Assembly: GCA_902795755.1 (NCBI GenBank)
Contig: CADBMO010000058.1
Location: 1-51,577 of the forward strand
Origin: an uncultured Erysipelotrichaceae bacterium
GTDB taxonomy: Bacteria; Bacillota_I; Bacilli_A; RF39; UBA660
Direction: 5' to 3'
Length of the DNA stretch: 51,577 nt
Part shown: positions 18,849 to 28,396 of the stretch, one piece after another
How positions within the stretch are numbered: position 1 is the stretch's first letter
Layout: each line of letters opens with the position of its first letter
The notes under the pieces: model-generated
The model's input: only the letters and a program-made list of their open reading frames with translations
The model's database searches: none
What the model was told of the DNA's origin: nothing
Position numbers and translations under genes: made by a program

Positions 18849-21482
18849 TTATTTATCTGGAACTAAATAACATTTTGTTTCAGAACCACTACAACTGTTA
18901 GGAGCTCCTTTTTTTACACTGTAAAGCTTTCTACAATATCCGGTTTTACCACTTCCCTTATTTGCAACATTATAATTAGTACTAGTACAATTACCAGCCC
19001 TATCACAAGCATGTAAGTATAAAGTGGCAGAATCATTCTCTAAGAAATTAAAATCAAATCTAATTTTAAAATACTTATCTTGAGTTGTTCTTTTATATAA
19101 AGCAGCGTTTGCTCTAGCGAATTTAAGCATATTATCATTGCTAGCATCAGTTGAAGATACGCACCAAGAACCAGAACAAGATTTTCCACTGTGTTTAGAA
19201 TATTTATAATTATATGATGCATCTGCTATACCAGAAGATTTGCTTTCTTTACTTCCATCTTGTAAATATACATATCCCCTATGGTCAACTATATTAGACG
19301 ATAATTTTTCAAATGTTCTACAACTCGAACCATAACTACCACCATATGTAAAACTAGGTGATGTTTTATCTATATTAACTACTCCAGAATTACAAGTCTT
19401 TTTCAAAGTAGTAGCAGTTGCAGCAATTGTATAACTACACTTTTGCTTTATACCTTCACTCGTAATTGTACACAAAGTGGTTTTCCCATGTTTTACTTTT
19501 ACATTAGATCTATACCAATTTGTATCACTATTTTTAGTTCCTTCATAAGTTAAATTGCTATAACAACTTCCTTTACTTTTTTTCACTTCTCCAGAAGGAA
19601 TTGGTGTTGGATCAGGATCACTTTTTGCTATTCTAAATTGTTGTGTATAACAATATCTTGAATTTCCTGCCGCATCATATACTATTGCGTAACCTCTTTT
19701 GTGATATTTACCATAAGTTTTATTATTTTTTACATATGTATCATATGGTGATTCATTATCATATGCTCTAAAGAATTTAGTATCAGCGCCAAAATTATTT
19801 GAATAAGGATAATAATTTCCTGAATTACCATAATTAAGGTATGCATACCATTCCCAAGATTTAGTATCTGCTGATGGCGTATACGTAACAGCTATTTTAG
19901 TTCCTTCGGTACCATAACTACCATAACATACAAATAAGCTTCTTCCTAAATTTGCAGTATCAACCCAGTCTGTTTTTTGACTACAAGAACCCGCGGTTCT
20001 AGGTGAATTTGCATAAGTTCCCTTATAATATTCATATGAATAAGTCCCGCAATTTGGTGCAATTGTATCTTTTGTATAAGTTGGTGATGCACAAAATTGT
20101 TTTAAACCATATTTATTAATTACATACCCCTTATATTGGTGAGTTGCATTGGCAGTAAGCTTATGTAGAACACCACTTTTAAAATCATTTGTAGACCAAA
20201 GGGATTCGTTACCATATAAATTAACAGAATATACATCATCTGGTTTTTCTGTTTCCATTGATACTAAAATATCACTTACGTACGTTGAATCATCGTCTCC
20301 CAATTCTCCATCAGCCATAAACGTAGGGCAATCAGAAGGGGCTGAAACAATAAAATTAGTATTTGAATTTGAAGCTTCATTTCCGGCATAATCTTTTGCA
20401 GAAATATCAACTGCAAAATATTCATCTTCATCGAATTTACCAAATAAAGCCGTTGCATCCTTTAAAGGAGTATCAAATGAATGAAAATCTTCATTCATAT
20501 TAATATTATTAATCCCAGATGTATCATCTTTTGCATTTACAGAAGCATAAATGCCTTTATTAAAATCATATACAGGAAACCCTTGATATGTACTATCAAA
20601 AGAAAGCTTTTTACCACTAGAATCAACAATACCATTATATGTAACCGTAGGAGCTACGGTATCTTTCATTACGGTTACATTTTTACTCCAATATCCTCCA
20701 TCTTCATCCTCAAGGTACATATTTAGATCCTTATAAACACCATCATCATAAGTTTTACAATACACATTAGTACCATCTGAACCTATTTTAATTTGACTAT
20801 TTTCTTCCTTAGCATTTTTAATAGTTATTAGATCTTGAAAACTAATATTTCCTATTTTTATTGATTTATCATATACCTTAACTTTATTAGAAGGTTTTAA
20901 ACAAACATATAATTTATTATTAGAAACTCCAGAAAAAGAGTCTATATTAAACCACCCATTGCTATTTGGTTTAATAATACTTATATTGGAACTGCCCAAA
21001 TTAACATCATCAGAAAGATCCTTATCACTCTTTAAATATAAAACTTTAGCTTGTGGACCATTTATAGTTCTTATTTCTATAGAATCTAGACTTGCTTGAT
21101 AATCACAGCTTCCTTCTATATCGCCATCTTTAAAATCATAATATGTATACTTAGTGGACCCATTTTTAATAATTATTACTACTTTGCTACAATAACTAAC
21201 TTCTTTACCTGTTTTAGGATTTTTAACTACGTTTAAATAGCCTTCTTTAACAAGTTTTCCAACGGTAACGTAGGCTTCAACATTATCCATATTTTCGAAT
21301 AAATATTGATTTGCATTATAATATGATTTGGCAGAAGTCTCAATGGTTGATTTAACATTCTCCCATTCTTCATCTTTCCTTTTATCTGCTATTCCAATTA
21401 GACTTGTAACTGCAACAACACTTATACCTGCTATTAATGCAATTACTACCAATAATTCAACAAGTGTAAATCCTTTTTTCAT
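18849..21482 (-). CDS. giant modular type IV pilin/pseudopilin-like protein (877 aa)
   Basis: Start at the ATG at 21482 (GGAGG RBS). Canonical class III signal MKKG|FTLVELLVVIALIAGISVV with Glu5. Large Cys/Tyr/Gly-rich ectodomain containing three modules of the form 'D-(K/T)-x-x-P ... D-x-AGN'. Confidence 0.8.
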   Translation of the reverse strand: MKKGFTLVELLVVIALIAGISVVAVTSLIGIADKRKDEEWENVKSTIETSAKSYYNANQYLFENMDNVEAYVTVGKLVKEGYLNVVKNPKTGKEVSYCSKVVIIIKNGSTKYTYYDFKDGDIEGSCDYQASLDSIEIRTINGPQAKVLYLKSDKDLSDDVNLGSSNISIIKPNSNGWFNIDSFSGVSNNKLYVCLKPSNKVKVYDKSIKIGNISFQDLITIKNAKEENSQIKIGSDGTNVYCKTYDDGVYKDLNMYLEDEDGGYWSKNVTVMKDTVAPTVTYNGIVDSSGKKLSFDSTYQGFPVYDFNKGIYASVNAKDDTSGINNINMNEDFHSFDTPLKDATALFGKFDEDEYFAVDISAKDYAGNEASNSNTNFIVSAPSDCPTFMADGELGDDDSTYVSDILVSMETEKPDDVYSVNLYGNESLWSTNDFKSGVLHKLTANATHQYKGYVINKYGLKQFCASPTYTKDTIAPNCGTYSYEYYKGTYANSPRTAGSCSQKTDWVDTANLGRSLFVCYGSYGTEGTKIAVTYTPSADTKSWEWYAYLNYGNSGNYYPYSNNFGADTKFFRAYDNESPYDTYVKNNKTYGKYHKRGYAIVYDAAGNSRYCYTQQFRIAKSDPDPTPIPSGEVKKSKGSCYSNLTYEGTKNSDTNWYRSNVKVKHGKTTLCTITSEGIKQKCSYTIAATATTLKKTCNSGVVNIDKTSPSFTYGGSYGSSCRTFEKLSSNIVDHRGYVYLQDGSKESKSSGIADASYNYKYSKHSGKSCSGSWCVSSTDASNDNMLKFARANAALYKRTTQDKYFKIRFDFNFLENDSATLYLHACDRAGNCTSTNYNVANKGSGKTGYCRKLYSVKKGAPNSCSGSETKCYLVPDK

Positions 21483-21549
21483 ATGTCCTCCTATTATATA
21501 TATTATTTTATCATAAATAATAAAAAATAACAATCAGGTATTTTGATTG

Positions 21550-22383
21550 TTATTCTTTTAAAAGATTATCTAATAAAACAATATTATAATTTCTAGATTT
21601 AATAACATTAATAATATAACTATACTTTTTTATGTCAAACTGATCAGTTTCGTATTCTATTATTAAACCATTAGATAAATTACTTTTTAAATCATTAATA
21701 GACGGGTTAACAAGTGATGGTGAAATACTATACATTTTGTTTTTTTTGCAAATAGTTAAATCATCTATTATTTTGTTTTCATTTAAACAATACTTTGATT
21801 TATTATCAGATATTGTTTCTATTAATTCATTTGTTTTATTTATAGTTTTTTTATCATATTTACCATCATAACCCAGATTATATATTGGATATTTAATGTT
21901 CATATAATTATCAATATTTTTAATCAAAGTTATTCCATCAACAAAAAAGCTAACATTAACATTATTAATTATTGATAAGTTATAAATTGATTGCATATGT
22001 TTCACATTATTAACTTTAAATATGATTGCAACATTCTTTTTACTTATATTACCTTTTTCTATAAAATACGAATAATTATTATTTATAGTTATTTCAGGTT
22101 TTTTCTTTTCGTAAACAATTTGTTCTTTATTAAATTTATTACTTTTCTTCATTTTCTCATATGATGCATTTACATTAATAATAGAACCACTTGATCCAAC
22201 AAAAATCGTATCATTTTTAACCAATCCATTTGATGGTAATATATCATTATTCCTTTTATACTCTTTTATTTTTTTATATAATGGATCTTTTTCTTTAGCT
22301 AGCGTAAAAACTTTATTAGTATAAATAAAGCTTAATATTAATAATATAATTATTCCAAATAGTTTAAATGTTTTATTATACAT
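21550..22383 (-). CDS. membrane-anchored protein, divergent polysaccharide-deacetylase-like (tentative)
   Basis: N-terminal signal anchor. VAIIFKVNN...NVNVSFFVDG resembles the NodB TFDDG...TFF blocks, but the catalytic Asp pair is absent. Confidence 0.4.
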   Translation of the reverse strand: MYNKTFKLFGIIILLILSFIYTNKVFTLAKEKDPLYKKIKEYKRNNDILPSNGLVKNDTIFVGSSGSIINVNASYEKMKKSNKFNKEQIVYEKKKPEITINNNYSYFIEKGNISKKNVAIIFKVNNVKHMQSIYNLSIINNVNVSFFVDGITLIKNIDNYMNIKYPIYNLGYDGKYDKKTINKTNELIETISDNKSKYCLNENKIIDDLTICKKNKMYSISPSLVNPSINDLKSNLSNGLIIEYETDQFDIKKYSYIINVIKSRNYNIVLLDNLLKE

Positions 22384-22412
22384 ATAATCACCTATTTAAA
22401 TATTATTCAAAC

Positions 22413-22438
22413 ATAAAAAAAAGAGAACATAGTCTCTT
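22413..22438 (-). terminator. rho-independent terminator after the 317-aa VGRPKLAD protein
   Basis: Minus strand AAGAGA-CTATGT-TCTCTT followed by TTTTTTTT. The stem overlaps the TAA stop. Confidence 0.6.
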
Positions 22439-23390
22439 AATTTTTATATGCTTTAGAAGGTATAACCATATAAGAATTAGTAATATAATAATTCCCATTA
22501 GAATCTATTTTGGTCTCCCAATTATCTAATTTTACACTTTTTAAATCAGATTTATCATAACCGTCTACCCATACATATACTTTTACGTTAGTGGTTGCGT
22601 TCATATTAGGAATTTTAAAATATGTTTCATCATTATTATTGCTTTTTTTTGTTTCAACGTAATCTTCTTTTTCTATAGCATTATTATACTTAATCTTAGC
22701 CACAAAACTACTTGGAGCTTTTATATTTAATACTCTTGGATTATTTTTAGTAGTATATACATATACTTTTTCATCATTTTGTTTTTTTATTTCACTATAA
22801 GGAACAGGACTATAATAACCTTTAACAGTAAGCATCTTGTACGCATAATTGTTCTCAATTGTACTAGATGAATTAAAAGACCAATCATACGGCGTATAAT
22901 CTCTTTCAATTTTACTAGCATTTACTAATTGTAATTTTACTTTCCAAGTTATATTCTTGTTTTTTTTCGATTCAAAAATAATATTAAAACTATTAGTATC
23001 ATTTTCATAAGTTTTTGAATCATATTTTATCCATTTATAGTTTTTGTTTAAATAATAAGTTGTATACTTGTATGATGCAGATTTATTTCTTAATTTATTA
23101 GTTATCTTAACATTCATTACATAATCTTGATCATCATTATAATATTCTTTTATAATAAATCCATTCTTATTATTTATTGGTCCTAAAATCTTGCCGATAG
23201 TCATTTTATATAAAGTAGTAAGTGGTGATACCTTTTGCACATAACATCCAAATACAAAAGATAATGACACAACGACTAGTATCGATGCTATAAGCATGAT
23301 TCTAGATCTTCTTAATAACTTATCATCTGCAAGTTTTGGTCTACCAACTTTATTTTTCTTTTCATCTTCTTTTAATAGCCAGTCTATCAC
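22437..23390 (-). CDS. VGRPKLAD-motif membrane-anchored surface protein (paralog A)
   Basis: GTG start at 23390 with a GGGGTGA RBS 7 nt upstream that overlaps the ezrA stop. N-terminus ...EKKNKVGRPKLADDKLLRRSRIMLIASILVVVSLSFVFG, then a beta-rich Asn/Tyr/Lys ectodomain. Confidence 0.75.
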   Translation of the reverse strand: MIDWLLKEDEKKNKVGRPKLADDKLLRRSRIMLIASILVVVSLSFVFGCYVQKVSPLTTLYKMTIGKILGPINNKNGFIIKEYYNDDQDYVMNVKITNKLRNKSASYKYTTYYLNKNYKWIKYDSKTYENDTNSFNIIFESKKNKNITWKVKLQLVNASKIERDYTPYDWSFNSSSTIENNYAYKMLTVKGYYSPVPYSEIKKQNDEKVYVYTTKNNPRVLNIKAPSSFVAKIKYNNAIEKEDYVETKKSNNNDETYFKIPNMNATTNVKVYVWVDGYDKSDLKSVKLDNWETKIDSNGNYYITNSYMVIPSKAYKN

Positions 23391-23404
23391 TTCTAGCTCA
23401 CCCC

Positions 23405-25111
23405 TTATTTTTTATAGTCTAAGATTTTTTTATGAATACCAGGTTCTACAACATCAAGCGTAGAAATACTTAAATCTAGTGATTTTTTATAATTTCCATT
23501 AAAGAATAAGCTTTCAGCCTTACTAAGCCCCTCATTAATAACGGGCTTAAACGTACGATATCTATTACCATAAACTATTGCATATTCGGATAATAATGCA
23601 TATTTAACCATCTCAGCAGTAGTATTATGAAGTTTAAATACTAAATCTCTAGCAGTATTTACTCTTACGTTTAACGTATCGACATCTATTGGCTTTTTAT
23701 TTAATTCTTTTTGTATTTCAATTATTCCATCAGATGCTTCTCTTAACTCAACATAATAGTTTTCTGGAATTATAGGTAACCTGTTTTTTCTAATTTGATA
23801 TTTTGATTGTTTCAAAAGTAATTTTATGTCTTCTAATTGTCCTCTAGCCCTAGCTTCGTCCTCTTGTAAAGTACCTACTTTTTGTAAAAGATTTTCTACC
23901 TTATCATGTAACTTAGATAGTTTTAATACAATTATTTCTAGCTCATTGTTTAACTTAGAATAACTAAATGAATGGTTTTTATCAAGATTTATTAATCTAT
24001 CATAATCCTTCTTTATACTATCTAATTCTTTTTCATAGAGTTTAATTGATTCTAAAGTTTCATCTGTAATATTATAATTCTTTTTCATCTCAGGTAACTT
24101 TTTATCAAAGGCACCTAAAACCTTATATATATGCTTAATACTCTTTTCAAATTTCTTAATACCTTCTTCATAATACTTTCTAGATAACTTTTCTGTCTCA
24201 AAATCATTAAACAATGAATCATAATAATCTAATATCGTTTTAAGCTCAAAAGATACGTCTTCTAGATTTAATACTCTTACACGATCAAATATAGAGTTTA
24301 CTTTTTTTTCAGTTTCAACAATATTATACTCTACGTTTAAATAATCTAATTGATAGCCTTCTCTAGTTAATTTTATATATTCGTTTGATACATCTTCAGT
24401 TCTTTTAGGAATAAGACTCTTTCCCATAAGCATTATCTCAGGTATCTCATTAATAACTATTTGCATATGGTCAATCATTTCAGTTAAACCCTTAACTACG
24501 TAAATTACTTCTTCATAGTCTTTTTTTTCCATAACTATTTCAAATTCTTCAAATCTTTTTTCAATAGATTCAAATTGTAATTCAATAGTTTTTATAGTTT
24601 CTTCATAATCAGGCTTAGTTTCCTCAAATTTATTTTTAAGGGCTCTATAAGTACTCTTAAGTCTAATTACAGTTGCCCTATTTTTTTCTTCGCTTAAAGT
24701 TATTTCTTTTATTTCAGACATTATTTTTTTAATTTTTGTCTTTATTTCACTTAACTTAATTTCAATTTCTGCGATTGCTTTATAAACATCCGTACTGCTA
24801 CTTTTTTCAATTAAAAAGTCAGCTTCAATAAGCATATCATTAATCTCAGGTATTGTTTCTTTTTCAATGATATCAAATTTTAGTTTCCAACTGTTATATT
24901 TTTCATCTAATTTGTTATTCTTAATCAACGCCTCAACTTTTGAAAGTTCATTTAAAACTGGTACGTTGATTAAAAGATTTTTTTCTTTTTCTAATTCGTC
25001 TAGTGCGTTATACATTCTTTTTTTTCTTTTGCTCTTAACAATATTTAATAATACTATTAATAAAACTATTAATATAACAACTATTGTTCCTATGTATAAA
25101 CCTTTTGTCAT
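23405..25111 (-). CDS. ezrA: septation ring formation regulator EzrA
   Basis: Single N-terminal TM helix followed by about 530 aa of coiled coil. 568 aa. N-terminal region (ELEKEKNLLINVPVLNELSKV...W) is typical of EzrA. Confidence 0.85.
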   Translation of the reverse strand: MTKGLYIGTIVVILIVLLIVLLNIVKSKRKKRMYNALDELEKEKNLLINVPVLNELSKVEALIKNNKLDEKYNSWKLKFDIIEKETIPEINDMLIEADFLIEKSSSTDVYKAIAEIEIKLSEIKTKIKKIMSEIKEITLSEEKNRATVIRLKSTYRALKNKFEETKPDYEETIKTIELQFESIEKRFEEFEIVMEKKDYEEVIYVVKGLTEMIDHMQIVINEIPEIMLMGKSLIPKRTEDVSNEYIKLTREGYQLDYLNVEYNIVETEKKVNSIFDRVRVLNLEDVSFELKTILDYYDSLFNDFETEKLSRKYYEEGIKKFEKSIKHIYKVLGAFDKKLPEMKKNYNITDETLESIKLYEKELDSIKKDYDRLINLDKNHSFSYSKLNNELEIIVLKLSKLHDKVENLLQKVGTLQEDEARARGQLEDIKLLLKQSKYQIRKNRLPIIPENYYVELREASDGIIEIQKELNKKPIDVDTLNVRVNTARDLVFKLHNTTAEMVKYALLSEYAIVYGNRYRTFKPVINEGLSKAESLFFNGNYKKSLDLSISTLDVVEPGIHKKILDYKK

Positions 25112-25186
25112 ATACGCACCTCCTACTATATATCATTTTATCATAATATGTCGAAAATTGCACTATAATATTAAAAAATAAAGCGA

Positions 25187-26098
25187 TTATTTTCGCTCTA
25201 TTTTTTTATATTTATAAACTACACCACAGCTTAATATACTATCGCTTAATTCATCACATGATACATCATAATATGGTAATACATCTTTATAATTTGTATT
25301 TTCTTTTTTTAGTTCATAATTAAAACCATCATCTAAATCAAGTGCGTAGTCATATATAATACCATTTTCATTTAAAATATAATATAAATCATTTATAACA
25401 TATAAAGCATCTGATGGATACGCCATTCTTCCAATAATATTACTGGCATATATTACATCATATTTATTTTTTAACTTTGATGGTAATTCTTCTAAAGTAT
25501 AATCAATGTATTTTAAATTTACATTATTAATCTTTTCTTGTAATAATAAATATTTGTCAAACTCACCATAGGCATATTTGCGAATATTTCCGTAACTATA
25601 TTCCATCATTAAATGCATTCCTAACCAATATGTTAATTTTTCGTTATTTCTAATATCATAAAATCTTTTTTCAATTGCTTCAAAAAATTGTTGATGAGTA
25701 TCAGAAAGTGTTTTAATAACTGGATTTAAAGTATTAATATTTTTTATGCCGTCTTGAGAAAGTACGTTTGCCATCTTCCAAAAAGTAGAATAATCATATT
25801 TTTTTACCATTGTCATTTTTAAATCTACAAAATATTTACTAAATCTATTTATGTCAAATGCTGTTATATCAGTTGCCCCAGAAAGTATTGTGTGAAGTAT
25901 ATGATCTCCTCCTGCCGTAACAGATAATACTTTTTTATTCTGTAAATCGTCTACTAAATAATACTTAAGAGGTTCATTGGTCCATTGACAAACAGGCCCT
26001 ATTTCACAAAATTTAGTATAATTACTCCTTTTATTTATGTCATTTTTATATGTTTCTTTAGGTTCCATATATTTTGTTATTAATTTAATGTCGTCCAT
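25187..26098 (-). CDS. SAM-binding-fold protein, resembles the DUF3419/BtaA-like family (from memory)
   Basis: Start at the ATG at 26098. KVLSVTAGGDHILHTILSGATDITAFDIN is a Rossmann-type SAM motif. Confidence 0.4.
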   Translation of the reverse strand: MDDIKLITKYMEPKETYKNDINKRSNYTKFCEIGPVCQWTNEPLKYYLVDDLQNKKVLSVTAGGDHILHTILSGATDITAFDINRFSKYFVDLKMTMVKKYDYSTFWKMANVLSQDGIKNINTLNPVIKTLSDTHQQFFEAIEKRFYDIRNNEKLTYWLGMHLMMEYSYGNIRKYAYGEFDKYLLLQEKINNVNLKYIDYTLEELPSKLKNKYDVIYASNIIGRMAYPSDALYVINDLYYILNENGIIYDYALDLDDGFNYELKKENTNYKDVLPYYDVSCDELSDSILSCGVVYKYKKIERK

Positions 26099-26158
26099 AA
26101 TACCCCCCAAGGTGCTATATATATTAACATAATAATTTATAACAGACAAGCAAATTGC

Positions 26159-26187
26159 TTGACATATTGCATATAATTAGTTATAAT
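26159..26187 (+). promoter_or_regulatory. consensus sigma-A promoter for rpsD
   Basis: TTGACA (26159-26164), 17-nt spacer, TATAAT (26182-26187). Confidence 0.8.
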
Positions 26188-26356
26188 TACATGCGTGTAA
26201 ACTTAAAAGCAGCACTTTTTTGAATTTAATAACGTGTTTGTTTGCAATTGTTATATTAGTAATCTTTATAGCTGCTAAGGTGAAAGTATTAAAACAAACT
26301 CCCTATTAAATGGCAAACTAGTCCTTTAGTTTACAATATTTAAAGGAGGAAAGAAT
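26188..26356 (+). promoter_or_regulatory. long structured 5' leader of rpsD (candidate S4 autoregulatory site)
   Basis: About 165-nt untranslated leader between a perfect promoter and the AAAGGAGG RBS. B. subtilis rpsD is autoregulated through its leader. Confidence 0.4.
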
Positions 26357-26962
26357 ATGGCAAGATATACAGGTCCAATGTATAAAAAATCACGTCATTT
26401 AGGTTTTTCTTTATTAGAAAATGGTAAAGAATTAGTTAAAAAGCCTTATGGACCAGGTCAACATGGTACTGATAAAAGACGTGGTAAAGCATCAGAATAT
26501 AAGATGCAATTGATGGAAAAACAAAAAGTAAGATTAATGTATGGTGTTAATGAAAAACAATTCAGATTAACATTTGAAAAAGCAGCTAAAATGAAAGGTA
26601 TCCAAGGTGAAAACTTCTTAAAACTACTTGAATCAAGACTAGATAACGTAGTTTATAGAATGGGTATGGCTTCTACTAGAAGAGCTGCTAGACAAGTTGT
26701 TAACCATGGACACATCACTGTAAATGGTAAAAAAGTTGACATTCCATCATATCAAGTTAAAGCTGGCGACATAATCGCTGTTAAAGAAGCTTCAAAAGAT
26801 CATAAAGCTATTTTAGAAGCATTAGAAAAAGTTACAAAGACAGTTGAATATGTTGAGTTTGATAAAAAGAACTTAACTGGTAAATACGTTCGTATGCCAG
26901 AAAGAAGTGAACTTCCAGCAGATATTAAAGAATCAATGATTGTTGAATTCTACAATAAATAA
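26357..26962 (+). CDS. rpsD: 30S ribosomal protein S4
   Basis: MARYTGPMYKKSRHLG... plus the S4 RNA-binding domain, 201 aa. Confidence 0.97.
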   Translation: MARYTGPMYKKSRHLGFSLLENGKELVKKPYGPGQHGTDKRRGKASEYKMQLMEKQKVRLMYGVNEKQFRLTFEKAAKMKGIQGENFLKLLESRLDNVVYRMGMASTRRAARQVVNHGHITVNGKKVDIPSYQVKAGDIIAVKEASKDHKAILEALEKVTKTVEYVEFDKKNLTGKYVRMPERSELPADIKESMIVEFYNK

Positions 26963-26985
26963 GACTCTATAGAGTCTTATTTTTA
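26961..26985 (+). terminator. rho-independent terminator after rpsD (palindromic, may act on both strands)
   Basis: AAGACTC-TATA-GAGTCTT followed by ATTTTT. Confidence 0.75.
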
Positions 26986-26997
26986 ATATAAAAAAGA

Positions 26998-28389
26998 CTA
27001 TTTTCTTAGTCTTTTTTTGTAATTATTATATTTTAAAAACGATATGAGCATAACAAATCCAATTAATATAAATGTAAATATAATTGGTATTTCTATAAAA
27101 TTATAAATAAGCTTAATATCTTTTGTTATTGAACTATATGCTAAATTATAAGTAAGAGTTGCATTAAATATAGTGCTTATTAAATTATCGTTAAAAGTAT
27201 CTAATAAATCTGTAGACTTTCCCTTGTTAATGTTATATATGCACATACTTATTATTCCAATTATTAATGCAATTATAAAAGATTTTAAATTTAAATCATA
27301 AAAATTAAATGCTATTACTATAGAAGATAAAACACTAATAACTAGTAATATAATTAATAATACAATATTCCATTTTTTTATATCATTCATTACAAGCAGT
27401 TTTGTTTGATTAGTTTTTCTCTCTGATTCTTTATTGCCTATATGAGTAGATATTTCTTCATCAAACTCACTTATTTCATCTACAAATTTACTAAAACTAT
27501 CAATATTTTCACTAGTATGTTCGTTTAAATCATCACTTAATTTTTCAATATTCCCAGATATATATACTTCTTTAATACTATTTGATATGTTACCTTCATT
27601 ATCGGTATATAAATCATTTAAGTCTTCTTTAAATAATTTAGGTAATCTTAAAATAACACTCTTTTTTTGTTCAATATTAAAATTTATAGATTGTTCAACT
27701 TTTTCTAATTTGCTTTCTAAAGCATCTTTTTTTGCTTTAACCAATTTGCGCACATTACTATATTTGTCTTTTTTCTTTTTAAGAAGCATACCTGTAGTTA
27801 AGTTAGTTGTAAAGTAATTATAAATAATACTTAATCCATATATACCAAACGGAATAGTTATTATTAATAATATATTATTATATATTATATTAAAGATTAA
27901 ACAAATTGTTAAAAATATTCCTTTTATTAAATCATAAAAATCTAAAATTTTCTTTCCGTCTATACGATAAGTATTTAAATTATTGTTAACACTATTTAGA
28001 TAGTTTAATTTATCGTTAATTATACTTTTTTTCAAAACATTAGTAATAATATCTTTTTTTATTTTTTCAAGCGTATTAGCTTCACTAATATCATCTAAAT
28101 ATTCATTAAACTCTTTAGATATTAAATCTTTATTTTTTTTACTTGCAAGATTAATTCTAACATCATTTAGTTGCTTTAATTCCCTTAATAAATCTTGATT
28201 AATATATTTAGTATATGATTTAGTTATATACTCAATTTTTTTATTATAACCATAAATATTATTAGGATAATCTTTAATAATATTATCTAAACATTTTATT
28301 ATTTGATCTTCGTCATTATTACTTATTAAACTATCTAACTCTTCTTTATATCGCTTAAGCGATTTTGATTTTTTATTATTCTTTTTCAT
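26998..28389 (-). CDS. hypothetical multi-pass membrane protein with cytoplasmic coiled-coil segments
   Basis: 463-aa ORF with two clusters of TM helices separated by a charged helical region. No family recognised. Confidence 0.6.
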   Translation of the reverse strand: MKKNNKKSKSLKRYKEELDSLISNNDEDQIIKCLDNIIKDYPNNIYGYNKKIEYITKSYTKYINQDLLRELKQLNDVRINLASKKNKDLISKEFNEYLDDISEANTLEKIKKDIITNVLKKSIINDKLNYLNSVNNNLNTYRIDGKKILDFYDLIKGIFLTICLIFNIIYNNILLIITIPFGIYGLSIIYNYFTTNLTTGMLLKKKKDKYSNVRKLVKAKKDALESKLEKVEQSINFNIEQKKSVILRLPKLFKEDLNDLYTDNEGNISNSIKEVYISGNIEKLSDDLNEHTSENIDSFSKFVDEISEFDEEISTHIGNKESERKTNQTKLLVMNDIKKWNIVLLIILLVISVLSSIVIAFNFYDLNLKSFIIALIIGIISMCIYNINKGKSTDLLDTFNDNLISTIFNATLTYNLAYSSITKDIKLIYNFIEIPIIFTFILIGFVMLISFLKYNNYKKRLRK

Positions 28390-28396
28390 ATTTAAC

